From NCBI GenBank assembly GCA_963718615.1, contig OY970368.1:2976001-3040000 (forward strand): DNA of 64,000 nucleotides, in the 5' to 3' direction. The translations under genes were made by a program, and so were the position numbers. The stretch is from an uncultured cyanobacterium. Its GTDB lineage: Bacteria > Cyanobacteriota > Cyanobacteriia > PCC-9006 > JAAUQQ01. The notes under the pieces were generated by a model. That model was not told the origin of the DNA and made no database searches. It saw nothing but the letters and a program-made list of their open reading frames with translations. Shown piece by piece: positions 26,564 to 37,400 of this stretch (positions are counted from its first letter, which is position 1; every line of letters begins with the position of its first letter).

Positions 26564-27850
26564 ATGACAGCTCATTCCTTAACCCCCTCCTTATCCCGAG
26601 ATACAATTGGCCTAAACAAAGTTTCTCAGTGCCAGTTTTGCCACACGCCACTGCAGCATACGTTTGTCGACTTAGGCATGTCTCCTTTGTGCGAAAGCTA
26701 CATCAGTGTTGATCAACTCAATCAAATGGAGCCTTTTTATCCGCTTCATGTCCGCGTATGTCATCATTGTTTCTTGGTTCAGCTAGAAGCTTATGTAAGC
26801 CCGGAAGAAATTTTTACGGAGTATGCTTATTTTTCATCCTATGCAGATACTTGGCTTAAGCATTGCCAAGCCTACACAGATATGATTATTGAGCGATTTC
26901 AGCTCGGTCAAAACAGTCAGGTGATTGAACTGGCGAGTAATGACGGTTATTTACTTCAGTACTTTATCGAACGTCAGATTCCGGTATTGGGCATTGAACC
27001 TGCTAGCAACATTGCGAAGGTGGCGATCGCCAAAAATATTCCTACACTCAACGCCTTTTTTGGTAAGACCTTAGCCCAAACCCTTGTACAGCAAGGACAA
27101 CAAGCAAATCTCATCGTCGCCAACAATGTCCTCGCCCATGTTCCTGATTTGAACGATTTTGTCGCAGGAATTAAGACACTGCTGAAACCTCAAGGGGTTG
27201 CGACCGGAGAGATTCAACATTTGTTGCGCTTAATGGCCTCTAATCAGTTTGATACGATTTACCATGAGCACTTTTGTTACCATACGTTGACAACGCTAGA
27301 AACTATCTTTTCAGCCCATGGCTTGACTCTATTTGATGTGGAAGAATTGCCGACCCATGGAGGCTCATTACGAATCTATGCGAGACATCTAGAAGATCAG
27401 TCTAAAGCCCTGAGCGATCGCCTAGTCCATCTCAAACAGCGAGAACAGGACGAGGGATTCACCTGCCTAGAACGTTACGTTAACTTTGATGAGCAGGTTC
27501 GAGAAACGAAACGTAAGCTCATTGAGTTTTTGATTCAGGCTAAACGAGCGGGGAAACGCATTGCAGGATATGGTGCTCCCGGCAAGGGTAACACACTATT
27601 AAATTACTGTGGTATTCGTACAGATTTTTTAGATTATACGGTCGATCGCAATCCTTATAAGCATGGTAAGTTTTTGCCGGGAACCCATATCCCTATTTAC
27701 GCACCTCACAAAATTCTAGAAACTAAGCCTGACTATGTCCTAATTTTGCCTTGGAATTTCAAAGAAGAAATCATGGAGCAAATGAGTTCGATTCGTACCT
27801 GGGGTGGTCAGTTTTTGGTGCCTATTCCAGAGCTTACTGTCTATTCTTAA
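26564..27850 (+). CDS. NDP-hexose C-methyltransferase (class I SAM, Zn-binding N-terminus)
   Basis: Motifs CQFC...VCHHC, ELASNDG, IYHEH, THGGSLR, GYGAPGKG and ILPWNF. Confidence 0.88.
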   Translation: MTAHSLTPSLSRDTIGLNKVSQCQFCHTPLQHTFVDLGMSPLCESYISVDQLNQMEPFYPLHVRVCHHCFLVQLEAYVSPEEIFTEYAYFSSYADTWLKHCQAYTDMIIERFQLGQNSQVIELASNDGYLLQYFIERQIPVLGIEPASNIAKVAIAKNIPTLNAFFGKTLAQTLVQQGQQANLIVANNVLAHVPDLNDFVAGIKTLLKPQGVATGEIQHLLRLMASNQFDTIYHEHFCYHTLTTLETIFSAHGLTLFDVEELPTHGGSLRIYARHLEDQSKALSDRLVHLKQREQDEGFTCLERYVNFDEQVRETKRKLIEFLIQAKRAGKRIAGYGAPGKGNTLLNYCGIRTDFLDYTVDRNPYKHGKFLPGTHIPIYAPHKILETKPDYVLILPWNFKEEIMEQMSSIRTWGGQFLVPIPELTVYS

Positions 27851-27895
27851 TGCTCAATGATTTTATTGACTCCTTTAGAAGGGAAGTAAGATTGA

Positions 27896-29254
27896 ATGAT
27901 AAAATCTATGCCTTTAACGATCAATACTTTACATCTCGATGACTCACCATCTATCGGCTTAGATCTGCACGAACTCATCACAGAGCTATATCCCATTTGC
28001 CGTAGTATTACGGGGAACGGCGTTCGAGAATCCCTTAAAATCCTCCAAAACCACATTCCTGTCAAGATGTTTGAAGTGCCAAGTGGTACACCGGTGTTTG
28101 ATTGGATTGTTCCTCAGGAATGGAACATTCGTGAGGCATATGTGAAAAATAGTCAGGGAGAAAAGATTATTGACTTTAGAAAATCTAATCTACATGTTCT
28201 AAACTACAGCATACCGATTCACCAAAAAGTGTCATTGCAGGAACTAAAAGAGCATCTCTTTAGTATTCCTGAACATCCAGAATGGATTCCCTATCGTACC
28301 TCCTATTATCGAGAGAACTGGGGCTTTTGCCTCAGCCATCATGAGCTTCAATCTTTAGAAGAAGATGAGTATGAAGTTTTTATTGATTCATCCTTAGAGA
28401 AGGGCTCGCTGACCTATGGAGAATATTATCTACCAGGACAACATCAAGACGAAATTATCCTATCTTGCCATCATTGCCATCCTTCGCTTTGCAATGATAA
28501 TTTGTCTGGAATGGCGGTTACAGCCTTTGTGGCTCGTTATTTGACTACGCTTACAGAACGGCAGTATTCTTATCGCTTCTTGTTTATTCCGGGAACCATC
28601 GGCTCTATCACCTGGCTGTGTCTTAATCAACAGAAAACTCAGTACATTAAACATGGCTTAGTAATTTCAGGCGTCGGTGATTCTGGAACGATCACCTATA
28701 AAAAAAGTCGTCGAGGCAATGCTGAAATCGATCGGGCTGCTATACAGATCTTGAAGGATACAGAGATGACCTATCAGATTGAGCAGTTTTCTCCCTATGG
28801 ATATGATGAACGGCAATATTGCTCACCAGGATTTAACTTACCCGTGGGTCGTTTTAGCCGAACTCCCTTTGGTCAATATCCTGAGTATCATACGTCCGCC
28901 GATAATCTTAATTTTGTAAAAGCTGAATCACTCGAAGCCTCTTATCTAAATATTGTAAATGTTCTTGATCTATTAGAAAACAATTTTATATACATTAATA
29001 CCCATCCTTATTGTGAACCTCAGCTAGGCAAACGGGGATTGTATGGTTCTGTGGGTGGAGAACAGGAAAAGAAAAGTCAAGAGATGGCGATTCTTTGGAT
29101 TTTAAACCTTTCGGATGGTAAGCATTCACTGCTCGATATTGCTGAGCGTTCTGGTCTAAAATTTGCACAACTTCAAGCGGCTGCTCAGACATTGTACCGC
29201 TCTGGGCTATTAATCTACTCAAATTCATCTGTTTTGGAGGAAAATTTAAAATGA
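27896..29254 (+). CDS. DUF4910 (M28-like fold, DUF2172 and wHTH) protein
   Basis: Motifs LYPICRSITG, IPYRTSYY, CHPSLCNDNLSG, GYDERQY, YHTSADN and EPQLGKRGLY. Confidence 0.85.
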   Translation: MIKSMPLTINTLHLDDSPSIGLDLHELITELYPICRSITGNGVRESLKILQNHIPVKMFEVPSGTPVFDWIVPQEWNIREAYVKNSQGEKIIDFRKSNLHVLNYSIPIHQKVSLQELKEHLFSIPEHPEWIPYRTSYYRENWGFCLSHHELQSLEEDEYEVFIDSSLEKGSLTYGEYYLPGQHQDEIILSCHHCHPSLCNDNLSGMAVTAFVARYLTTLTERQYSYRFLFIPGTIGSITWLCLNQQKTQYIKHGLVISGVGDSGTITYKKSRRGNAEIDRAAIQILKDTEMTYQIEQFSPYGYDERQYCSPGFNLPVGRFSRTPFGQYPEYHTSADNLNFVKAESLEASYLNIVNVLDLLENNFIYINTHPYCEPQLGKRGLYGSVGGEQEKKSQEMAILWILNLSDGKHSLLDIAERSGLKFAQLQAAAQTLYRSGLLIYSNSSVLEENLK

Positions 29255-30096
29255 AAGTTGTTCTATTTTGTGGTGGCCTTGGAACAAGGCTGCGAGAATA
29301 TTCTGAAACGATTCCTAAGCCCATGGTAGAGATCGGCTATCGACCTATAATCTGGCATTTGATGCGATATTATGCATACTTTGGTCATAAGGACTTCATT
29401 CTGTGCTTAGGTTACAAAGGTGATTATATTAAGGAATATTTTCTCCATTACAATGAATGTCTCTCTAATAACTTTACGCTCTCCAAGGGCGGCAGAAGTA
29501 TTGAGCTACATTCCAGCGATATTGAGGATTGGACGATTTCATTCGTTGATACGGGTCTTCAATCTAATATTGGTCAGCGCTTGATGGCTGTAAAACCTTA
29601 TCTTAAAGATGAAGAAGTTTTTCTCGCTAACTATGCAGATGGTCTCAGCGATCTAGATCTGGATCTTTACCTTGATCATTTTGATGCACAAGATAGGGTT
29701 GCAAGTTTTCTGGCAGTACAGCCCTCCCAATCATTTCACGTTGTCTCCCTCAATGGTGAATCTCAGGTAGATAAGATCCAACCTGTTGGTGCTTCTGATC
29801 TGTGGATTAATGGAGGATTCTTTGCATTTAAGCAAGCGATATTTGACTATATTAAACCGGGTGAGGAGTTAGTTCTAGAACCTTTTCAACGATTGATTCA
29901 ACGAAAAGAGCTAATCGCCTATCGTAATCCTGGCTTTTGGGCCTGCATGGATACGTTTAAGGAGAAAATGATGCTTGATGAAATGTATGCATCAGGCAAG
30001 ACGCCTTGGGCGCTTTGGGAAAAGGAGCGTCAACTACATCGTTATCCTGGGGCAACGCTGGGTGAAACTCACCGCCAGCAGCATGCCAATGTATAG
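29251..30096 (+). CDS. rfbF: glucose-1-phosphate cytidylyltransferase
   Basis: Motifs FCGGLGTRL, PKPMVEIG, WINGGFF and GFWACMDT; ATGA overlap. Confidence 0.85.
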   Translation: MKVVLFCGGLGTRLREYSETIPKPMVEIGYRPIIWHLMRYYAYFGHKDFILCLGYKGDYIKEYFLHYNECLSNNFTLSKGGRSIELHSSDIEDWTISFVDTGLQSNIGQRLMAVKPYLKDEEVFLANYADGLSDLDLDLYLDHFDAQDRVASFLAVQPSQSFHVVSLNGESQVDKIQPVGASDLWINGGFFAFKQAIFDYIKPGEELVLEPFQRLIQRKELIAYRNPGFWACMDTFKEKMMLDEMYASGKTPWALWEKERQLHRYPGATLGETHRQQHANV

Positions 30097-30131
30097 ATTT
30101 TCATTGATGCTTAGTTTCCAGCTTAGTTCCC

Positions 30132-30791
30132 ATGATTCAACTCTTGTCCTCTTCCCAAGCCCCCAGGTCTCTTCGCTGTGTGCTTTGCTTAGGAGCACAC
30201 AGTGACGATATTGAGATCGGCTGTGGAGGAACGATCCTAAAACTCATTGAACAGTTTCCTGATCTAAGTTTTTATTGGGTTGTTTTTGGGGCATCGGGTG
30301 CTCGCGAAGCAGAAGCGATCGCCAGTGCCCAAACCTTTTTGAAGGATGCTAAGCACAGTAAGGTCATCGTCAAGGAATTCCGAGATGGTTTTTTCCCTTA
30401 TTCTGGCATTGATATTAAAGAAACTTTCGAACAATTAAAACAAGAGATTTCTCCGGATTTGATTTTCACCCATTATCGTCATGATGCCCATCAAGACCAT
30501 CGCCTGATCGCAGAGCTGACCTGGAATACCTTTCGCGATCACTGGATCTTAGAATATGAAATCCCAAAATATGATGGTGATTTAGGTCAACCTAATACCT
30601 TTACTCATTTAAGTGCTTCCATTTGCGATCGCAAAATTTCGTATTTGATGCAATTTTTCTCGACCCAGAAAAATCGAACTTGGTTTGATGAAGATACTTT
30701 CTGTTCAATTATGCGATTGCGAGGCATTGAATCTAACTCACCGAGCAACTATGCGGAAGCTTTCCATTGTCGTAAGACAATTTTATTTTAA
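30132..30791 (+). CDS. PIG-L/LmbE-family deacetylase
   Basis: Metal-binding motifs GAHSDDIEIGCGG and HQDH. Confidence 0.88.
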   Translation: MIQLLSSSQAPRSLRCVLCLGAHSDDIEIGCGGTILKLIEQFPDLSFYWVVFGASGAREAEAIASAQTFLKDAKHSKVIVKEFRDGFFPYSGIDIKETFEQLKQEISPDLIFTHYRHDAHQDHRLIAELTWNTFRDHWILEYEIPKYDGDLGQPNTFTHLSASICDRKISYLMQFFSTQKNRTWFDEDTFCSIMRLRGIESNSPSNYAEAFHCRKTILF

Positions 30792-31055
30792 ATTTATTTA
30801 ACTAGACAGTGGCCGATTGACTGCCTCGGTCAGAATGAAATATCAATCCTTTGGGTGAGGCTTGACGCTGGCCTAAGGCTGCTTTCAATGCCGTCAGAAC
30901 TAGCTCGGTACGTATGTGGTCTGCCATGGACCAACCCACTACTCAACGAGAAAATAGTTTGTCATTTGAACATTCTCCTTCATTGGCGACTCATTGGGAA
31001 TGCCCACTTTCTTGGGGAAAGGTCATTTATTTTAGGCGATCGGATCAGTAAAAAA

Positions 31056-31146
31056 TCCGGATGGCCAAAACGTACTGATGCAAAATATATCCATGGCGAG
31101 TCAGTATAACCACATAAATATGAGTTGTTTGACTCCCATGCCATAA
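31056..31146 (+). promoter_or_regulatory. conserved upstream element of FHA gene 1
   Basis: Aligns without gaps to 34281-34371 (TCCGGA, TGCAAAATATA, TCAGTATAA, CATAAATATGAGTTGTTT, CCATAA). Confidence 0.65.
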
Positions 31147-31164
31147 GCGGTCTCACGGAAACCT

Positions 31165-34100
31165 ATGGATAAGCGCAGGTGCCAACTGTTAGGGCTCTAT
31201 CTCAATGTGATCAATATTTTTCTCGGTGTGCAGCCAGCCTGGAGTCAAGCTGTGCCAGATACCACGCTGGGTTCGGAACTCTCCGGGGTCAATGGTTCCG
31301 GGGTTAATGGTTTTGCAGCACAGCCGGAGCGGGAACTGGTCACGGGCGGGGCTGTGCGGGGAAAGGTTCTGTTTCATAGTTTTTCTGAATTGAATGTGGG
31401 GGAGGGGCGATCGCTCTATTTCACCCACCCCAGCGGCATCAGCCAAATCTTCAGCCGCGTTACCGGCAGCAGTCCGTCCAAGATCAACGGCACCCTCGGC
31501 GTTCTCGGCAATGCTGATCTGTATTTGCTCAACCCCAATGGGGTGTTATTTGGGCCGAATGCGCGGTTGGATTTGAGCGGGAGTTTTACCGCAACGACGG
31601 CGACGAGTGTGAAGATCGGAGGACTGGAGTTTAGTGCGGTTTCTCCCTCGGCCCCGCCATTCCCGCCATTGTTGAATCTGTCGGTGCAGCCAGGGTTGCA
31701 GTGGGGGGCTGTGGCGAGTGATTCACGCCTTCAAAATCAAGGCTCCTTGGCCGTAGAAGCGGGGCGATCGCTCTCCTTCATGGCGGGGCAAATCGATCAG
31801 ACGGGAACAATCCTGGCACCGGGCGGAACGGTGACGTTGCAGGGTGAAACCTTTAGCTTAACGGGGAGCATTGATACCCGAGATAGCCTAGGAAAAGCGG
31901 GAGCGTTGCGACTGATTTCGCCTCTGGATTTGCAGATTAAACCGACGGGACCGCTGACGAATGGGGCGATCGCCCAAGCCCTTCTGAGCAATAGTGTGGT
32001 GATCGAAGCCGCAGGCGATTTGACCTTAGCCGGTCCCCTATCAAGCACCGTTTCCTCACCTCTCACCTTACAGGCGGGCAATGACCTGTTCCTAACACCT
32101 GGTAATCGAATACTCGCAGGGGATGTAACGCTGATCAGTGGCCGAGATATCAGTATCACCGATACACTCAAGCTGAATGGCGCTCAACCCCACCAATTGA
32201 CGATTCAGGCAGGGGGCGATGTGCGCTTGCAGAATGCCGCATTGCCCAATGATACGGTTGGGGATCAGCGTTCAAATCCGCCCTCTTTAACGACGATCCA
32301 AGCAAATAATTTGATGCTGGATAACACTGAATTGTCCGGCTTTATCTATGGCCTTGGAGACGGAGCCAATCTCGTGATTCAGGTGCAGGATACCGTCGTG
32401 CTTCAGGGATCAATTATTCTTACTTTTGTGTCTGCGGGGAGTTTGGGAAATGCGGGAGGTATCACGATTCAAGCCCGCCGGCTTCAGCTGGATGGCTCCT
32501 CGGGTCAGCGCTCTTCTATCGCATCAACAACAGATCTTTTGACCCCTGGTAATGCGGGAAATATTACCCTTGATGCTTCGGACTCGATTGAGTTGGTGGG
32601 GAGTCTTCCGGGTCCCTTTAATGCAGTGGCTTTTCGGGCTGCTGAGCTGATTGACTTGGCACAGGCAGGCACGACGATTACCTCTTCGGCCTTTGGGGCT
32701 GGTCAGTCGGGCAACATCACGATCGAGACCGATCGCTTGCTCATGCGGGATGGTGTTGCCCTTGGGATTGTGCCGGGAATTTTTGCCACCGCCCGAGGCC
32801 AAGAGGGCAATGTGACGATCGCCGCCCGAGAGACCCAGCTACAAGGGCTGGCGGTGATTGGATCCTTAACTTTAGGCGCAACCGATGCGGGGGATGTGAC
32901 GATCCGGGGCGATCGCCTCAGCCTCAACGATGGGGCGGTGATGAGTGTCAATAGTATTGGCGTAAATACCCTGGCGGGAAGTGGCGATGCGGGGGAACTG
33001 CGAGTCGATGTCAGGGAGCTGAATGTTCTAAAGGGTTCATTTTTGAGTGCGGGAACCGATACCCCAGGAGCAGGGGGGAATTTAATCGTGAATGCAGATA
33101 CCGTAACTGTGGCAGGGACATCAGCGGATGGGATTTTCCCCTCGGCACTGCGGACGGATGTGGGGACGGGCTTTGGCCTGTTGGATCCGGCGATCGCCAC
33201 CGGCAAAGGCGGCCAACTCATCCTCAATGCCAACCAACTGCAAGTCTTCGATGGGGCCCAAATCTTGGCCAGCACCAACAGCAAGGGCGATGCGGGTAAC
33301 GTTGAGATTACTGCCAAAACCGTCGAAGTGAGGGGCACGGGTCCGAGCGGTATACCCAGTTTGCTGGCGGCAGAATCCAATGGCATGGGGGCTGCTGGAA
33401 CGTTGAAGGTGACGGCGGATCAGTTGACGATTCGCGATCGCGCCCAGGCTAGCACCCAATCCCGCCAGGGGGATGGCGGCAATATCAACCTTTCCCTCAC
33501 CGACGTTCTCTATCTTCGCCGCCAGGGACGGATCACCGCCACCGCTGGCATTGATGGAGCCGGGGGAGACGGCGGCAACATTAACATTAAAGCTGGATTT
33601 ATCGTAGCGCCGCCCAATGAAGATACCGATATCAGTGCCAATGCCTTTGAGGGGAGTGGTGGAAACGTCACCATTCAGACAAACACCCTCTTGGGGGCAG
33701 AACCGCGCGATCGCGCCACCCCTCGCAGTGACATCACCGCCAGCTCAGAACTGGGGGTCAGGGGTCAGGTTACTGTTGATGTACTGGCACCCCAGCCAGA
33801 TTCCGGCTTGGTGGAATTACCCATTGCCTTGCTGAATGAATCTCAGCAGGTGGCCAACGAATGCAAAAGTACGGCTCAATCTCGTTTCGTTTTGACAGGG
33901 CGAGGTGGCATTCCGGCGGATCCTCGTCAGCAGTTGCAGGGACAAATGCTCCTTCAGGATTGGCGAGGGCTAGAGAACGGGGCTAGCGCTGGCACTGGGG
34001 CTGGACGAACGGCGGTTCGTCCCTACGGTGGTTCTATGATCTTGCACCGACCGATTGAAGCCCAGGCCCTGAGACGCGATCGCCAAGGCCGCATCCAACT

Positions 34101-34236
34101 CGTCAGCCAACGGCCCCAAATCCCAGCAACGGCAAGGCTCTCCTGCTCAATGATCGAGCAAGCAAACCAGCCAAAATCAGATCAGCCAGAATTAGAGGAT
34201 CAGATCCAGGGCCTGAGTTACCCAAAGACTGAATGA
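31165..34236 (+). CDS. filamentous haemagglutinin N-terminal domain (TpsA-like) exoprotein 1
   Basis: Signal peptide; LFHSFSEL, SRVTG and LLNPNGVLFG; GNAGNITI beta-helix repeats; C-terminal C...FVLTGRGGIP..P motif. Confidence 0.9.
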   Translation: MDKRRCQLLGLYLNVINIFLGVQPAWSQAVPDTTLGSELSGVNGSGVNGFAAQPERELVTGGAVRGKVLFHSFSELNVGEGRSLYFTHPSGISQIFSRVTGSSPSKINGTLGVLGNADLYLLNPNGVLFGPNARLDLSGSFTATTATSVKIGGLEFSAVSPSAPPFPPLLNLSVQPGLQWGAVASDSRLQNQGSLAVEAGRSLSFMAGQIDQTGTILAPGGTVTLQGETFSLTGSIDTRDSLGKAGALRLISPLDLQIKPTGPLTNGAIAQALLSNSVVIEAAGDLTLAGPLSSTVSSPLTLQAGNDLFLTPGNRILAGDVTLISGRDISITDTLKLNGAQPHQLTIQAGGDVRLQNAALPNDTVGDQRSNPPSLTTIQANNLMLDNTELSGFIYGLGDGANLVIQVQDTVVLQGSIILTFVSAGSLGNAGGITIQARRLQLDGSSGQRSSIASTTDLLTPGNAGNITLDASDSIELVGSLPGPFNAVAFRAAELIDLAQAGTTITSSAFGAGQSGNITIETDRLLMRDGVALGIVPGIFATARGQEGNVTIAARETQLQGLAVIGSLTLGATDAGDVTIRGDRLSLNDGAVMSVNSIGVNTLAGSGDAGELRVDVRELNVLKGSFLSAGTDTPGAGGNLIVNADTVTVAGTSADGIFPSALRTDVGTGFGLLDPAIATGKGGQLILNANQLQVFDGAQILASTNSKGDAGNVEITAKTVEVRGTGPSGIPSLLAAESNGMGAAGTLKVTADQLTIRDRAQASTQSRQGDGGNINLSLTDVLYLRRQGRITATAGIDGAGGDGGNINIKAGFIVAPPNEDTDISANAFEGSGGNVTIQTNTLLGAEPRDRATPRSDITASSELGVRGQVTVDVLAPQPDSGLVELPIALLNESQQVANECKSTAQSRFVLTGRGGIPADPRQQLQGQMLLQDWRGLENGASAGTGAGRTAVRPYGGSMILHRPIEAQALRRDRQGRIQLVSQRPQIPATARLSCSMIEQANQPKSDQPELEDQIQGLSYPKTE

Positions 34237-34280
34237 TCTGCTGACGCTTCTCTAGTGGAGGTCGGTGACAGGAAAAAGCG

Positions 34281-34371
34281 TCCGGACAGGCAAATCCAGT
34301 GAGTGCAAAATATACTTAAATTAACTCAGTATAATTCCATAAATATGAGTTGTTTAACCCCGAACCCATAA
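34281..34371 (+). promoter_or_regulatory. conserved upstream element of FHA gene 2 (contains TATAAT)
   Basis: Second copy of 31056-31146. Confidence 0.65.
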
Positions 34372-34440
34372 ACAGCTGACAAAAGTTTCTGGGGTTTATC
34401 ATTTTTTGGATTATTCAAAGTCCCATACCGGTGATGGCCC

Positions 34441-37400
34441 ATGAAAAAGAATCTGTTTTATGCCCTTTTCCTATGGCCCTTGAGTATCAGTCCCCAAATC
34501 GTTTGTGCTCAAATCATCCCCAATAATCCCCTTGAGACTGAGGCTTCACAACTCATCCCCCTGGGCAATGGTGAAACACTGATTGGTGGGGGTGCACTGC
34601 GGGGAGACAATTTGTTTCATAGTTTTGAAGAATTTAATATTGGGACGGGAGAACTCGTCTTATTTGGAGATCCGGGGGGAATCAAACGGATTTTTAGCAA
34701 GGTAATTGGGGGGAGTCCTTCGCAGATCGATGGGGAATTTGGCGTGGTGGATTTGGCGACGGGGGCGCTGACGGGGGCGGATTTATTTTTGCTCAATCCG
34801 GGTGGGATAGTGTTAGGGCCGAGAGCGCGATCGCTGGTCTTGGGTTCATTGTTTTTAACCAGTGCCGAGCGGGTCCAGTTTGAAAATTACAACTTTACTG
34901 CGGCTTCCCCTGATTTACCGCCGCCATTGCTCAGTATTGGTGTGCCAGTGGGGTTGCAGATGGGCGCAAGGCCGGGGCCAATCGTCCAGGAATCAGCGGA
35001 GTTTGGGGCAGGGTTGTCCGTTGCACTGGGGCGATCGCTTACCCTCCTCGGCGGCGATATTACCCTAGCCGGTAACGCCTTCGGAAATCTGGCCGGAGGA
35101 CGCCTAGAACTAGGAGCCGTTGGCCCGGAGAGTGTCGTGGCTTTGCTGCCGGTCGATCGAGGCTATGGGCTGGACTATACCCAGGTCAAGGGATTTCAAG
35201 ATATTCAGCTCTTGCAAACTGTCATTCTCGATCCGGGAGCTGTCAATGGCCTGGACGCTGCTTTCCAAGGCCGAACGATTACATTGGAAGAAGCGGAATT
35301 TGCCACGGCTGCCATTGGTGATCAGCCGGGGGGAGCAATTCAGATTCGAGCCACGGAAGCGGTCAAGCTCATCGGTTCTGCCATTCCCAGTTTGTTGATA
35401 ACCGATGTTCTGCCGGAGGCAACGGGACGGGGCGGTGATATCACGATCGAAGCTCCGATGATTGCCTTAGAAACCGGCGGGCAAATTGGGACTTTGACCG
35501 AAGGGCAGGGAGATGCAGGAGATATTTGGCTGAAAAGCGCAGACTCCCTAACCCTGAGTGGGACGACAACCGCTAGTCTGGACTCTCCTGATGAGTTTTC
35601 TAGCTTGATTTTCTCCGCTGTAGCATCGGGGGCTACAGGCGGCGGCGGTCACGTTTGGATTAAGACGCCTCGGTTGGCCTTGGAGAACGGCAGTCAGATC
35701 GGTTCATCGACGCTCAGCACCAGCAATGCAGGCAACATTACAGTCAGTGCTGAGCAAGTTGAGGTCATCGGCACGACGACTAACACCCTTACCAGCAGGA
35801 TTACGTCAATCGTACTGCCCGGTGCGGAAGGCCATGGCGGATCGGTAGACCTTGTCGCCGATCGCGTCCGATTGCTTGCCGGAGGCCAGATTGCGACGGT
35901 GACCCTTGGGCTGGGCAAGGCGGGAGATATCCGGGTTGAGGCCCAGCAGTTTGAAGCTGAAGATCAGCTGAATCCCCCCAATATCTCACCGGCTGGACTC
36001 ATCTCCACGGTTTCCCCAGGAGCCCTGGGGAATGGGGGCAATGTGCAACTGTGGGCGGAGGATATTCGCTTGACGAGGGGAGCACAGGTTGCTTCCAGTA
36101 CCCTTAGCCAGGGAAATACGGGACGGTTAGAGGTCAATGCCACCCGGATTGATTTACAAGGCACCGCTACGGGCGGCCCTTTCCCAACGGGATTCTTTGT
36201 AACGGTGGAGCCCGGTGCCTCGGGTAATGGGGATGCCTTGCGGATCACCACGGATTCTCTGCGTTTGACCGAGGGAGCTGCCATCCAAACCAACACCTTT
36301 GGCCCAGGACAGGCTGCGACGCTGGAGATCCAAGCCAGGGACCGCATTGTGCTCCAGGGGCGCAATCCTCAAAATGGCTTATCGAGTGCCATTTCCAGTA
36401 GTACGGACACAGAAATCTTGGCGGCTTTCGGATTTCCCCCCACCGCTGGGGGCCAGGGGGGATCGCTGCGGATTCAAACGCCGCTGTTGCGGCTGGAACA
36501 GGGAGCGGTCATCGCCGCTAAAAGTCGTAGTGACGGGGCCGGGGGGAACGTGGTTTTAGACCTCGATCGCCTAGAACTGTTGAGTGGATCTCAAATTCAG
36601 GCTTCGGCGTTCAATCAGGGGGATAGCGGCACGATTGAGATTACAGCGGCTGAGGCGATCGCGATCGCCGGTCAAGACCCGATCTATGCCGAGCAGTTGG
36701 CCCAGTTTGGCAACTCCCTCTCTAACTCACCGGAAAGTGAAGAGAGTGCGATCGCCGTCCGTTCCTTTGGGTCTGGCGCGGCCCGACAAATTAGCTTACA
36801 AACGCCCCTGTTAAAAGTACAAGACCAAGGACTGATCAGCGTCAGCAGCAAAGGGACCGGACCGGCGGGCAACTTAGCGATTGGGGCCAACCAAGTCCTT
36901 TTGGATGGGGGGTCACTGCAAGCCAATACAGAGATCGGAGAACAGGGCGGGATTGCCATTACGGGGGCTGATTGGCTGTTGCTGCGCCGGAGTGGTGCCA
37001 TCACAACCAATGCTGGAGCCGATAGTACTGGCGGCAATATCAACATTGCTGCTGGCTTCATCGTCGCCCCTGCCCACGAAAACAGCGATATCACCGCCAA
37101 TGCGATGCGAGGGCAAGGGGGCAAGATCAGCATTCAAACCCAGGGTCTGTTTGGGATTGAGTTTCGTGATCGCCCCACCCCCCAAAGCGACATCACCGCC
37201 AGCTCTGATACGGGACTGAAGGGCACCGTCAATATCGCGCTGTTGGCCATCGACCCTAACCCCGGCTTAGTTGAACTACCGATTGCGCTTCTGAACTCCA
37301 GCGATGCAATCACAAACGCCTGTCGGCAAACGTTCCCCTCTAAATTTATCGTTAGCGGTCGTAATGGACTCCCTAGCGACCCTCGCCAAACCCTAACCTC

